Positions 21,453 to 31,028 are shown, counted from the first letter of the stretch. The stretch is 64,000 nt of DNA from Actinomycetota bacterium (GCA_044866075.1 JBIOTQ010000115.1:10607-74606); one strand, 5' to 3'. Program-made: numbers and translations. The notes: generated by a model from the letters alone, not told the origin.

Positions 21453-23822
21453 CTATCGACTGAAGCGGATCACCCTTCGCGTGAGGGCCGCTCCGATCAG
21501 CAGAGCTGCTCCGAGCGCGATGGGAGCGCTCCCCACGCCCGTGCCAGGCAGCTTCTCCCCCGACACATTGGGCTTCGGTTGCACCTTCGGTTTGGTTGTC
21601 TTCGTGCCGAGCACCCGCGTTCCTGCCGCGACCGTCGTGTCGACGCAGCAGAGGCCGTCGACGACGATCGGCGAGATGCCGAGCTCCTCCTCCACGTTCG
21701 TGATCGGCAGACTCGCGCTCTTGTTCCGCGACAGGCTGAAGACGGAGAAGCTCTCGAGGACCGACGTGTCGCTCGGACCGCCGACGACGTCGCGCGGGAC
21801 GCGGATCTCCCAGTGGTCGGGCGCACCGCCGGTGCCTTTCACGAGGCGCCCGGTGACGGAGGTTCCGCCGTTCGGCGGAGCCGGGTACTCGATGACGTGC
21901 GGGAAGCAGCCCGAAACCGAGCACAACTCCACCGACCGCGCCGCGCCGGCGAAGAAGAGCGGATCCCCGTCCCCGACCTCGACGGCCGCGTAGTAGATCG
22001 GATCGCGCTTGCCTGTGGCGGAGTCGATCGGCTCGCCGACCCAGCGCACGACGTAATCGACGGCGCGCGCGCCCGTCGCCGACAGCGCGTTCGCCGGCGC
22101 ATCGAGAGAGGACACGGCGATACGGAAGACTAGGTTCCCGCCGTCGCGTGAGACGAGCGCTTCGCGGAGGTCCATCTCCGGGACGGCTTCGCCCCCATAG
22201 ATGGGATCGAACGCCGCGTCCTTGGCGCGGCCGCTGATCGACGCGCCTCGCGCGGAGGGGGCACCGATGGGCTTCCCGAGCAAACCGATGCCGCCGTTCT
22301 GGCGCGCGAGCGTCACGACCGGCGCTCCCCGGTGATCGACGACGCCGTCGACCGGCGTCGGGATCTGCGTGTCGGTCCCCGGGATCACTTGGGCCAGCTC
22401 GTTGGACGTGTCGTCGTAGACGATCACGACGGCGCCGTCCCGCGGGTCCATCGTGACGGCGAAGAAGTCGGCGAGGTTGCGATTGCCTTGGATCGCGATG
22501 CAGCCGGTCCCCTGGAAACAGATCGTGCCGTAGTGCATCGGGTGACGGGTCACCTTCACCTGCTGCCTCGTCGGGCTCGTCGTATCGGCATCCGAGACCA
22601 TCGATTCGAAGACGTCCCACGCTTGGTGGACGTCTTCCCCTTCGGGATCGTGCGCCGCGTCGTCAGTCCCGTACCAGACCACGGCGAGGCGTCCCTTCGC
22701 GCCCGCCACGGCCCACGGCATCACGTTGGTGTTCGCCGGAGCCGACGACAACTTCACCGGCTTGGACCACCTGGTCCAGTTCGACGAAGCTTTCGAGTAC
22801 GAGTAGTAGATCTGCCAGGCGGCGGGAAGCTCGCCGCTGGGTGTGCCTTCCGGCGAAGTCGTCGCCCACACGACGTAGACTGTGCGTGCTTTGTCGATGG
22901 CGACGACCGGGAACAGGTTGCCGGCGTTGATCTGATTGGCGGCGTCGTCCTGTTCCGGATACTCCGCGACCTTGATCAGTTTCGCCACGCGTAGCGCCGG
23001 GTCGTCGAGCTTCTGTGGATCGCGCGTCCGGATCAAGAGCCCGATGTCTCTGGAACTCGAGTAGTTGACCGCTTCGAGGACCGCGCCGGTCGCCTGGTCG
23101 ATCGTGATGGAGCCGTTCTCACCGACCGCCGCCGATAGCGTTGTGTCTGCGTACTTTACGCCGTCGGTCGAATGCGTCGCCGAGTCGCACGTCAGCTGGT
23201 TTTGGGCCTCGATGTAGTCGGAGGCGCAACTGGTCGCGGCGAGCGCCTCGGCGTATGTGAGGTACGTGACGGGGAACGGACCCTTGTAGCCGGTGGCCTT
23301 GCGAACCGCCGTCGGGTTTGGCGGGTCCCACATCGTCAGCCACTGCCGGTCGTATCCGTTGATGTTGTCGAGACCCTTCGCGAAGACGCCCGACTCCATC
23401 GTCTTGGTCTTCGGGTCCCAGCTCGCGACCTTCAGCGTCGCCAATGCGGCGAGGTCCGCGTAAGAGGCCTTTCCGTTGCGGTCGATGGCGACGTCCGTGT
23501 CGCCGCCGCCGGGTCCCAGGATCGTCGTCACCGAATCGTCCGCCGAGGTCGCCGCCGTGTCGTGAAGTGGCTTGAAGACGCGCCCGTCTGTCGACATCTC
23601 CCAGAGGCTTCGTTGCGTTCCGGTCCCCCACGGACCGTGCACGTACATCGTGCCGTCCCGAGCGATGTCGACTTTCGGCTCGCCGAAGGTGTGGATCGGA
23701 TCGACGATGACGGCGCTGCCGAACGTCGGGGGCGCCTCCGCGGCGGGCGCGGGCCCAAGCACGAAGAGCGGCAGCGCCACGGCGGCGACGGAAACGAGCA
23801 CAGCGAAGCGATTCCGGAACAT
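21453..23822 (-). CDS. LPXTG-anchored secreted cell-surface protein with BNR/sialidase-like beta-propeller repeats
   Basis: N-terminal signal peptide. AGGAGG RBS 5 nt before the ATG. Repeated S/T-x-D-x-G-x-T-W-type motifs (YYSYSKASSNWTRW, VVWATTSP...). C-terminal LPGTG, then a hydrophobic segment and RR tail (sortase sorting signal). Confidence 0.7.
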   Translation of the reverse strand: MFRNRFAVLVSVAAVALPLFVLGPAPAAEAPPTFGSAVIVDPIHTFGEPKVDIARDGTMYVHGPWGTGTQRSLWEMSTDGRVFKPLHDTAATSADDSVTTILGPGGGDTDVAIDRNGKASYADLAALATLKVASWDPKTKTMESGVFAKGLDNINGYDRQWLTMWDPPNPTAVRKATGYKGPFPVTYLTYAEALAATSCASDYIEAQNQLTCDSATHSTDGVKYADTTLSAAVGENGSITIDQATGAVLEAVNYSSSRDIGLLIRTRDPQKLDDPALRVAKLIKVAEYPEQDDAANQINAGNLFPVVAIDKARTVYVVWATTSPEGTPSGELPAAWQIYYSYSKASSNWTRWSKPVKLSSAPANTNVMPWAVAGAKGRLAVVWYGTDDAAHDPEGEDVHQAWDVFESMVSDADTTSPTRQQVKVTRHPMHYGTICFQGTGCIAIQGNRNLADFFAVTMDPRDGAVVIVYDDTSNELAQVIPGTDTQIPTPVDGVVDHRGAPVVTLARQNGGIGLLGKPIGAPSARGASISGRAKDAAFDPIYGGEAVPEMDLREALVSRDGGNLVFRIAVSSLDAPANALSATGARAVDYVVRWVGEPIDSATGKRDPIYYAAVEVGDGDPLFFAGAARSVELCSVSGCFPHVIEYPAPPNGGTSVTGRLVKGTGGAPDHWEIRVPRDVVGGPSDTSVLESFSVFSLSRNKSASLPITNVEEELGISPIVVDGLCCVDTTVAAGTRVLGTKTTKPKVQPKPNVSGEKLPGTGVGSAPIALGAALLIGAALTRRVIRFSR

Positions 23823-23924
23823 CGAGGCCTCCTGAGCCTGTCCAGATTGTCGGTATCTAGGGATTTCGACAGGCCGGGAGCCCTCTCCTTCCAGCCTCGA
23901 GAAGGGAGGTTCTTTGTGAGATAG

Positions 23925-25469
23925 CTACGGCGTTGGTTCCGGCTTTCTCTTCTCGCGACTCCCTCGCCGCGCCGCGCGGTTCAGCGCGTTGAGGAACGCA
24001 CGGGCGCTCGCCTCGACGACGTCCGTCGAGATTCCCCGGCCGGTGAAGCGCTCCCCCTCGACCTCGACCTGAACGGTCACGTCGCCGAGCGCTTCGGAGC
24101 CTTCCGTCACCGCCGCGATGTTGAAGGAATAGAGCCGCGCCTCGGCCGACGTCGCGCGCATGATCGCGCCGAACGCGGCGTCGACCATCCCGTCGCCCAT
24201 CGCGGACTCTTGGATCGTCTCTCCGTTCTTGGTGATCTTCACCGTCGCCGTCGGGGCCAGGTGCGTGCCGCCGGCGACCTGGAGGGACTCGAGGCGATAC
24301 ACCTCCTCGACGGTCTGGATCTCGTCGACCACGATCGCTTCGAGGTCCTTGTCGGTGATCTGGATCTTGCGATCGACCAGCTCCTTGAAGCGCGCGAACG
24401 CGCGGTTCAGCTCTTCCTTGCCGAGCTGGAACCCCATCTCCTCGAGCGTCTTCGAGAAAGCGTGCCGGCCGGAGTGCTTCCCGAGGACGATCTTGCCGCC
24501 CTCGACGCCGATGTCCTCGGCCTTGATGATCTCGTAGGTCAGCCGGTCCTGGATCACGCCGTGCTGATGGATGCCGGACTCGTGCGCGAACGCGTTCTCG
24601 CCCACGATCGCCTTGTTGCGCTGCACCGAGTAGCCGGTCAGCAGCGAGACGAGACGCGACGTACGCGAGAGCTCCTTTGTGTTGATGTTCGTCTCGACGC
24701 CGAGTAGGTCGTGGCGCATCTTGATCGCCATGACGACCTCTTCCAGCGAGCAGTTGCCGGCGCGCTCGCCGATCCCGTTGACCGCGACCTCGACCTGCCG
24801 CGCGCCCGCGCGGACTGCTTCCAGTGAATTCGATACCGCGAGCCCGAGGTCGTTGTGACAGTGCACGGACACGACCACGTCGGCGAGCTTCGGGACGGCC
24901 TTGTAGCACTCGCGGATCAGCTCGCCGAAGTCGAACGGGATCGCGTAGCCGACGGTATCGGGGATGTTGATCGTCGTCGCGCCGGCGTTGATCGCGGCCT
25001 CGACGATCTGGAAGAGGAACTCGGGCTCGGTGCGCGTCGCGTCCTGCGGCGAGAACTCGATGTCCTCGCAGTAGCCTTTCGCGCGCTGGACGCCGTTGAT
25101 CGTCTGCTGGAGGATCTCGTCCTCGGTCGCGTTCAGCATGTACTTGCGGTGGATGTCCGAGGTCGACAGGAAGACGTGGATGCGCGGCTGGCGCGCGTGC
25201 TGAACGGCCTCCCACGCGCGGTCGATGTCCATGTCGTGCGCGCGCGCGAGCGCCGCGATCGACGGGCCCTTGATGTTCTGGGCGATGGCGCTGACCGCTT
25301 CGAAGTCCCCTGGAGAGGTGACGGGGAAGCCGGCCTCGATGATGTCGACGCCGAGCCGGGCGAGCTGCTCCGCGATCTCCAGCTTCTCTTTGACGTTGAG
25401 ATTGATCCCTGGCGACTGCTCGCCGTCCCTCAGCGTCGTATCGAAGATCCGTACGCGGTTATCGCCCAT
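23925..25469 (-). CDS. leuA: 2-isopropylmalate synthase
   Basis: [17 protein letters not shown]... HMGL-like domain plus the LeuA dimerisation/regulatory C-terminus. ATG at 25469 is preceded by GGAGGAGG; the track start at 25514 is TTG. Confidence 0.9.
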   Translation of the reverse strand: MGDNRVRIFDTTLRDGEQSPGINLNVKEKLEIAEQLARLGVDIIEAGFPVTSPGDFEAVSAIAQNIKGPSIAALARAHDMDIDRAWEAVQHARQPRIHVFLSTSDIHRKYMLNATEDEILQQTINGVQRAKGYCEDIEFSPQDATRTEPEFLFQIVEAAINAGATTINIPDTVGYAIPFDFGELIRECYKAVPKLADVVVSVHCHNDLGLAVSNSLEAVRAGARQVEVAVNGIGERAGNCSLEEVVMAIKMRHDLLGVETNINTKELSRTSRLVSLLTGYSVQRNKAIVGENAFAHESGIHQHGVIQDRLTYEIIKAEDIGVEGGKIVLGKHSGRHAFSKTLEEMGFQLGKEELNRAFARFKELVDRKIQITDKDLEAIVVDEIQTVEEVYRLESLQVAGGTHLAPTATVKITKNGETIQESAMGDGMVDAAFGAIMRATSAEARLYSFNIAAVTEGSEALGDVTVQVEVEGERFTGRGISTDVVEASARAFLNALNRAARRGSREKRKPEPTP

Positions 25470-25515
25470 CTCCAACCCCTCCTCCGTGTCCTGTTTCGGC
25501 ACTTTTCCCGCCAAC

Positions 25516-25543
25516 TAAAAAACCTCTCGGATCCCGAGAGGTC
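25516..25543 (-). terminator. intrinsic terminator-like hairpin + U6 in the leuA 5' leader (putative attenuator)
   Basis: Minus strand reads ACCTCTCGG-gat-CCGAGAGGT followed by TTTTTT, about 50 nt upstream of the leuA ATG. It is nearly identical to the element upstream of the ilv operon at 34947..34976. Confidence 0.5.
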
Positions 25544-25709
25544 GCGCGCACGCCAGAAAGGCGAGCGCGCCGTCAAAGCAGGAGGAGCGCCGACCGATAA
25601 GCCCTCGAAGTCGTCCTGTCGCGGGGATTCTGTCAGAGGGCGTTGGGAGTGTCAACGAGGTTCTGGGGAGTGGATGCGGGCGCCCGCCGAAGCTAGGGTC
25701 CTCAGGAGA

Positions 25710-26108
25710 ATGAAGACCCTCCGCGTCATCCGCTCCGTCGCGACTATCCGCACGGTTATCGGATTCGCTCTGACCTTCAAAACGGGCGAGCTTCTCCGGA
25801 TCACGGTTCCGGACGCCGAGCCGACCGGACCACTCTTCCTCTTCGCACGCACGGTCGGGATACGCGACCTGATCTTCGGTTTGGGAGCGCTGATCGAGTC
25901 TCTCCAGGATTCCGATCGCGTTGATCGCTGGCTCTGGCTCTGGCTCGCGAACGAGGCGGCCGACGTGGTCGCAGGAGCGCTGGCGGCAAAGCACATCGGG
26001 CCTGCGGGCGCCGCCGCTGCAGCGGCCACTCCTCTCCCATTCGTGGCCGCCGACATCTGGGCGCTGCGCCAGCGCTCGATCGCCGCAAGATCGGCGCAGC
26101 CCGCGTAG
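25710..26108 (+). CDS. small hydrophobic membrane protein (hypothetical)
   Basis: ATG at 25710 preceded by AGGAG (5-nt spacer). 132 aa, 3 to 4 predicted TM helices. The annotated 417-aa ORF is an extension antisense to leuA. Confidence 0.45.
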   Translation: MKTLRVIRSVATIRTVIGFALTFKTGELLRITVPDAEPTGPLFLFARTVGIRDLIFGLGALIESLQDSDRVDRWLWLWLANEAADVVAGALAAKHIGPAGAAAAAATPLPFVAADIWALRQRSIAARSAQPA

Positions 26109-26121
26109 ATCGCGCGCGGCT

Positions 26122-26643
26122 ATGCGGATCGTTCCCACGGACGCCCTCACAGCGCGCGAGCTCGCCGCGCTCAAGTCGATGCTCGAGGATGCGTACGGCG
26201 AGCCGTTCGTCGAGGACTGGGACCACGCGCTCGGCGGAACGCACTTCCTGATCGAAGAAGACGGCGAGCCGGTGAGCCACGTCTCCGTCGTCGAGCGCGC
26301 CCTGGAGACCGATGGCCGAACTCTCCGCACCGGCTACGTCGAGGCAGTCGCCACCAAGAACGACCGGCGGCGGCAAGGCCTCGGGAGCCGCGTGATGGAG
26401 GCGGCAAGTGAGCACATCCGTGGGGAGTTCCAATTAGGCGCGCTCGGGACCGCCGAGTTCGACTTCTACGCGCGTTTCGGCTGGGAAAGATGGCTCGGGC
26501 CGACCTCCGTTCGGGTGGACGACCGAGTTGAGCGAACGCCGGACGAGGACGGCTACGTGATGATCCTCCGAACGCCGGCGGCGCCCGATCTCGATCTGTC
26601 AAGGCCGATCAGCTGCGAGTGGAGACCCGGAGACGTCTGGTGA
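26122..26643 (+). CDS. GNAT-family N-acetyltransferase
   Basis: MRIVPTDALTARELAALKSMLEDAYGEPFVEDWDHALGGTHFLIEEDGEPVSHVSVVER...RRRQGLGSRVMEAA is a GNAT core. Confidence 0.7.
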   Translation: MRIVPTDALTARELAALKSMLEDAYGEPFVEDWDHALGGTHFLIEEDGEPVSHVSVVERALETDGRTLRTGYVEAVATKNDRRRQGLGSRVMEAASEHIRGEFQLGALGTAEFDFYARFGWERWLGPTSVRVDDRVERTPDEDGYVMILRTPAAPDLDLSRPISCEWRPGDVW

Positions 26644-26650
26644 TCGACGT

Positions 26651-28225
26651 CTACTGCAGTGTGATGAACTTCGCGTCTTTCGCTTCGGAGCCGTCGGCGA
26701 GCTCTTTCAGCACGTCGTTGTCGATCGGTTGATCGACGGTCAGGCACATCAGCGCTTCGCCGCCCTTCTCTTGACGGCCCACGCGCATGTCGGCGATGTT
26801 CACGCCGCAGCGGCCGAGGATCGTGCCGATCGCGCCGATGACGCCGGGACGGTCGTCGTAGCGCAGGAAGCACATATACGGGCCCGGCGGAAAGTCGACC
26901 TCGAAGTCGAGGATGCGCACGAGCCGCTCCTCGTTACGTTTGCCCACGAGCGTTCCGGCGACGGCCGCGCGCTCTCCCGCCGAGATCTCGATCGCGTTCA
27001 CGTAGTCGCGCGACATCGCGCTCTTGGTCTCGGCGACTTCGATCCCGCGCTCGGTCGCCAGCAGAGGTGCGTTCACGAACGTCACCGGCTCGTGGACGAC
27101 GTTCGCGAACATGCCCTTCAGAGCCGCGAGCGTCAGCACGCGCGTGTCGTGGTCGGCGATCGAGCCCTGGTACGAGAACTGGACCTCCTGCACGTTCCCG
27201 CCGGCGAGCGCGGTGAAGATGCGCCCGAGTTTCTCAGCGAGCGGCATGAACGGCCGCACGACGTCGGACAGCTCGCGGCCGGCCTCCACGTTGACGGCGT
27301 ACGGGGCGAGCTCCCCCCGGAGCGCCAGCAGCACCTGCTCGGCGATCGACGCGCCCGCCTTCGATTGCGCCTCCTCGGTCGACGCGCCAAGGTGCGGCGT
27401 CAGGACGACCTGGTCGAGGTCGAAGAGCGGCGAGTGGCCCGGCGGCTCCTTCGCGAACACGTCGAGGGCGGCGCCGGCCAGCCGGCCGCCTTTGATCGCG
27501 GCTGCGAGCGCGTCCTCGTCGACGATCCCGCCGCGCGACGTGTTCACGATCCGCGCCGTGGGCTTCAGCAGCGCGAGTTGCTCGGCGCCGATCAGCGCGG
27601 CGGTCTCCGAGGTCTTCGGCAGGTGGATCGTCACGAAGTCCGCGGCGCGCAGCGCGTCGTCGAGGGTCGGCGCCAGTTCCACGCCCATCTGCCCGGCGCG
27701 CGCCTTGGCGACGTACGGATCGAACGCGACGACGCGCATCCCGAAGGCCAGCGCGCGCTGCGCGACGAGCGTTCCGATGCGGCCGAGGCCGAGGATCGAC
27801 AGCGTCTTGCCATGCAGCTCGACACCCTCGAAGCGTTCGCGCTCCCAGCGGCCGGCCGCGACCGACGCGTTCGCAGCCGGGATGTTCCGTGCCTGCGACA
27901 GCAGCAGCGCGATCGTGTGCTCGGCCGCGGAGAGCACGTTCGATTGCGGCGCGTTGACGACGACGATCCCGTGTCGCGTCGCCGCGTCGACGTCGACATT
28001 GTCGAGACCGATCCCGGCCCGGCCGATCACCTTCAGGTTCGGCGCGCGCTCGATCAGCTCGGCGTCGGCCTTCGTCTGCGACCGGATGATCAGCGCGTCG
28101 TACGACGCGATCTGCTCGAGCAGCTGCTCGCGCGTGAGGTCCGTCTTGACGTCGACGGTGACCTCGGTGCGGAGCCGGTCGAGACCGGGCTCGGCGATCG
28201 GCTCGGCGATGAGGACCTTCATCAT
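26651..28225 (-). CDS. serA: D-3-phosphoglycerate dehydrogenase (with C-terminal ASB/ACT regulatory domains)
   Basis: MKVLIAEPIAEPGLDRL... 2-hydroxyacid-DH fold plus an ACT domain at the C-terminus. ATG overlaps the upstream aminotransferase stop (ATGA). Confidence 0.9.
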   Translation of the reverse strand: MMKVLIAEPIAEPGLDRLRTEVTVDVKTDLTREQLLEQIASYDALIIRSQTKADAELIERAPNLKVIGRAGIGLDNVDVDAATRHGIVVVNAPQSNVLSAAEHTIALLLSQARNIPAANASVAAGRWERERFEGVELHGKTLSILGLGRIGTLVAQRALAFGMRVVAFDPYVAKARAGQMGVELAPTLDDALRAADFVTIHLPKTSETAALIGAEQLALLKPTARIVNTSRGGIVDEDALAAAIKGGRLAGAALDVFAKEPPGHSPLFDLDQVVLTPHLGASTEEAQSKAGASIAEQVLLALRGELAPYAVNVEAGRELSDVVRPFMPLAEKLGRIFTALAGGNVQEVQFSYQGSIADHDTRVLTLAALKGMFANVVHEPVTFVNAPLLATERGIEVAETKSAMSRDYVNAIEISAGERAAVAGTLVGKRNEERLVRILDFEVDFPPGPYMCFLRYDDRPGVIGAIGTILGRCGVNIADMRVGRQEKGGEALMCLTVDQPIDNDVLKELADGSEAKDAKFITLQ

Positions 28226-29370
28226 CGCGCCTGTTTGAAGACCTCTTCGGCCGCGGCGACCGCGGCGCCGGGCTTCGCCGGATACCCCATCTCGCTCAGG
28301 CACGACTCGAGCGCGGCCATCGCCTGCAGGACGTCCCCGTCGTCGACGTAGCCGAGGTGACCGATGCGGAAGATCTTGCCCTTCCACGTCCCCTGGCCCG
28401 GCGCGAACACGATGCCGAAGCGGCTGCGCACCAGCGCGGTCAGCTCGTCGCCGTTGATGCCCTCCGGCGCGCGGATAGCCGTCACGCAGACGGCGCGGGC
28501 CAGGTCCTCACCGACGAGGTCGAGCCCGAGCGCCTGTACGGCGGACTTCACTGCGCGCGAGAGACGCCGGTGGCGCGCGAAGACGTTCTCGACGCCTTCC
28601 TCGCGGATCAACCGGATCGCTTCGCGCAAGCCGAGGTACAGCGAGACCGCCGGCGTGTAGGGGTTCTCCGGCTCTTTGCGGTTGTAGGCCTCGCGCACCG
28701 GCGTCCAGTCGAAGTAGAACCGCGGGCACGTCGCGGTCTCGTGCGCCTTCCAGGCAGGGTCGGACACGCTGACGAACGCGATCCCAGGCGACATCATCAG
28801 CCCCTTCTGCACGCCGCCGATCGCGACGTCGACGCCCCACGCGTCGACCTCGAGCGGCGTCGCGCCGAGACCCGAGATCGTGTCGACGACGAGCAGTGCC
28901 GGGTGGTCCTTCACGACGGCGCCGATCGCCTCGATGTCGTTCACGACGCCGGTTGAGGTCTCGGAGTGCTGGATCAGCACGCCCTTGACGCCCGGCTCCA
29001 ACGCCTCTTTCACGTCGGCGGCCTTCGCGACCTGACCCCACTCGTACTGGAGCAGCTTCACGTCGAGCCCGTACGCCGTAGCGATCTTCTGGAACCGCTC
29101 GCCGAAGTTGCCGACCGAAACGATCAGCACGCGGTCGCCCGGCGAGAACAGGTTCACGACGGCGGACTCCATCCCACCCGACCCGCTCGAGGTGTAGGTC
29201 AGGACGTCGTTGGACGTTTTCATCAGCCACTGCAGGCCCTCGGTGCATTCGCGCAGCACGGCCGCGTAGCCGGGCCCGCGGTGGTAGACGATGGGCGCGC
29301 CCTGCGCGAGCAGCACCTCGGCCGGAACCGGAGTGGGACCAGGCGTCATCAGGATCTCGGGTTTGCGCAC
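28222..29370 (-). CDS. class-V aminotransferase (alanine-glyoxylate/serine-pyruvate/phosphoserine aminotransferase family), co-operonic with serA
   Basis: MTPGPTPVP...GVQKGLMMSPGIAFVSVS... PLP-lysine region typical of AGXT/SerC class V. Confidence 0.8.
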   Translation of the reverse strand: MRKPEILMTPGPTPVPAEVLLAQGAPIVYHRGPGYAAVLRECTEGLQWLMKTSNDVLTYTSSGSGGMESAVVNLFSPGDRVLIVSVGNFGERFQKIATAYGLDVKLLQYEWGQVAKAADVKEALEPGVKGVLIQHSETSTGVVNDIEAIGAVVKDHPALLVVDTISGLGATPLEVDAWGVDVAIGGVQKGLMMSPGIAFVSVSDPAWKAHETATCPRFYFDWTPVREAYNRKEPENPYTPAVSLYLGLREAIRLIREEGVENVFARHRRLSRAVKSAVQALGLDLVGEDLARAVCVTAIRAPEGINGDELTALVRSRFGIVFAPGQGTWKGKIFRIGHLGYVDDGDVLQAMAALESCLSEMGYPAKPGAAVAAAEEVFKQAR

Positions 29371-29452
29371 GTCAGAGCTCTCCTTCAGGGGAAGACCGGG
29401 GCGTATTCGGCCTCATTCTAAGGGCTCCCGCTGCGCTGCCCTGCGGGTTTCG

Positions 29453-29468
29453 TCGGACGATCGTCCGA
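29453..29468. promoter_or_regulatory. perfect 16-bp palindrome TCGGACGATCGTCCGA in the serC-serA 5' region (candidate operator)
   Basis: Its reverse complement is identical to itself. Lies about 85 nt upstream of the aminotransferase start codon. Confidence 0.35.
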
Positions 29469-29482
29469 ACGGCTGCGACGGA

Positions 29483-29510
29483 AAGGGAGCCGCACAAGGA
29501 CGGCTCCCTT
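29483..29510 (-). terminator. possible terminator hairpin downstream of the small secreted protein gene
   Basis: GGGAGCCG-N8-CGGCTCCC stem, followed on the minus strand by TTTCC. The U-tract is weak. Confidence 0.3.
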
Positions 29511-29544
29511 CGATCCGCTTCGCTCGTGAATCGTTCCGATGTCC

Positions 29545-29763
29545 CTAGTGATCGGGGCCGGGACAAGACGGAGGCGGTTTCAGAGGCGCCCCGCGCTTGT
29601 CTCCGGGTCCCGAGTTACCGAGTCCGCCGCCGACGTTGTTCTGGCCGGGAACACATTGCTTATCGCCCGGGCCCGGAGGGCCGGCGGACGCCATCGGTGC
29701 CGCCACGACCATCAACAGCATGACGAGCAGAGCGAGCAAGGCAACAAGCTTCACGACTCGCAT
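29545..29763 (-). CDS. small secreted Gly/Pro-rich protein (hypothetical)
   Basis: GGAGGGGG RBS 8 nt before the ATG. MRVVKLVALLALLVMLLMVVAAPMASA signal peptide, then GPPGPGDKQCVPGQNNVGGGLGNSGPGDKRGAPLKPPPSCPGPDH with two Cys residues. Confidence 0.55.
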   Translation of the reverse strand: MRVVKLVALLALLVMLLMVVAAPMASAGPPGPGDKQCVPGQNNVGGGLGNSGPGDKRGAPLKPPPSCPGPDH

Positions 29764-29870
29764 AATCAGTCACCCCCTCCACCGATGCGGAATGTCGCAA
29801 ATGGGGTTTTACCCCCGATTTGTGGGGACTAACTAATCGGGCGGAAGGCGTTCGAACGGGTGGCGCCCGG

Positions 29871-30299
29871 CTAGGCGCTTTCGAGGACCCGCTTGAGGTT
29901 CGCCAGGAAGCCGTTGTTCGACTTGCCGATCGTCATCTTGATCATCGGCGTCATGATCTTCATCATGCCCGGCGGTTCGAGGTCGACCCGTCGCGTGACG
30001 CGCGAGCCCTGACCCTCCGTTTCCACGATGTTCGTCACCGTCGGGTTCATCTTGCCCATGTGCCCCTGGAACTCGACCAGCTTGCCCGGCTCGAGTTTGG
30101 AGACCGTCATGGTTCCCTCGGACACGCCCATCGCGGGCTTGACCTTCACGTTGAAGACGGTGCCCACGCCGACGTTCTCGGTGGACGAGCTGACTTCGAG
30201 CACGTCCGTGTGCCACTCAGGATCGTGCCGCAGGTCGGCGACGTAGCCGAAGACGTCGGCCGGCGGCCGTGCGATCGAGACACTGCGTTCGACCCTCAT
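29871..30299 (-). CDS. SRPBCC-family protein (polyketide cyclase/START-like)
   Basis: 142 aa, SRPBCC pattern (VSIARPPADVFGYVADLRHDPEW...). Confidence 0.7.
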   Translation of the reverse strand: MRVERSVSIARPPADVFGYVADLRHDPEWHTDVLEVSSSTENVGVGTVFNVKVKPAMGVSEGTMTVSKLEPGKLVEFQGHMGKMNPTVTNIVETEGQGSRVTRRVDLEPPGMMKIMTPMIKMTIGKSNNGFLANLKRVLESA

Positions 30300-30314
30300 C
30301 CTCCACCCCTCCGA

Positions 30315-31016
30315 TCAGCGCCCGAATATCTTCTTAGCAACGCGACGTGCCGTGCCCGACGAAGGCGGAACCGATCCGCGAAGCGCACCCTGCTCCTCGA
30401 CGAAGGACTCGAAATAGCGGTCGGCTTCTTCCGGCCCGGCGAAGACCCGCTCCGAGAATTCGAAACTCGAATCCCACCAGAGCATCTGCACCTTCTCTTC
30501 CTCGGTCAGCCGCTCGTGGAAGCCCTCGGGGAAATACGAGCCGGATCTGTTGATGATGTGATGCTTGAACGTGAAATCGATGCGCTTCCCCGGAACGATG
30601 TCGATGAGCCAGTGATGATGCCCCCATCCCACCCAGGGCCCCTGCACGCCATACGCCTGCTCCTCCAACCGTGAGGGAACCTCTATGTAGCCGGCCTTCC
30701 CGATCCGATTGATCTCCGAGCAGACCCAGATCGGATCACGGATATCCTCCAGCGTGTGCGAGCAGATAACAAAATCGAATTGCTTGTCTTCGAACGGGAA
30801 ACGTCTGCGCTCGCAGATGTCCCAGATCACCCAGGTATCTCGCGTGAAGCGTTCGGGGCCTTGCCCCGTCCGCCCGTAGAGGCCCCGGGTCTCGTACGGC
30901 ATGAGATCGAGGACCCAATCCGCGCGGGCGAATGGCTTGCCCCACGCGCCGATATCGAGGACGACTGCATCGGCCGGGAGATCCGCCTCGATACGCCGAG
31001 CGCTTTCGTCGAACAC
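30315..31016 (-). CDS. SAM-dependent methyltransferase-like protein
   Basis: VVLDIGAWGKPFARADWVLD... methyltransferase-like fold. GTG start 13 nt downstream of the ilvC stop. Confidence 0.6.
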   Translation of the reverse strand: MFDESARRIEADLPADAVVLDIGAWGKPFARADWVLDLMPYETRGLYGRTGQGPERFTRDTWVIWDICERRRFPFEDKQFDFVICSHTLEDIRDPIWVCSEINRIGKAGYIEVPSRLEEQAYGVQGPWVGWGHHHWLIDIVPGKRIDFTFKHHIINRSGSYFPEGFHERLTEEEKVQMLWWDSSFEFSERVFAGPEEADRYFESFVEEQGALRGSVPPSSGTARRVAKKIFGR

Positions 31017-31028
31017 GTGTGACGTGAC

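Noticed and set aside
21148-22620. 490-aa ORF and other long ORFs opposite the LPXTG gene
   Set aside because: Arg-rich antisense frames with no domain signal, and the sense gene is strongly supported.
23822-23925. Imperfect hairpin CCTCCCTTC...GAAGGAGAGG downstream of leuA
   Set aside because: Mismatched stem and no U-tract. At best a weak terminator, so not called as a feature.
25470-25700. T-box riboswitch upstream of leuA
   Set aside because: No AGGGUGGNACCGCG-type T-box motif or specifier-loop architecture. The structure fits a simple attenuator instead.
26729-28351. 540-aa ORF antisense to serA; 404-aa ORF at 27024..28238
   Set aside because: Antisense or alternate frame of a canonical SerA. 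Low-complexity.
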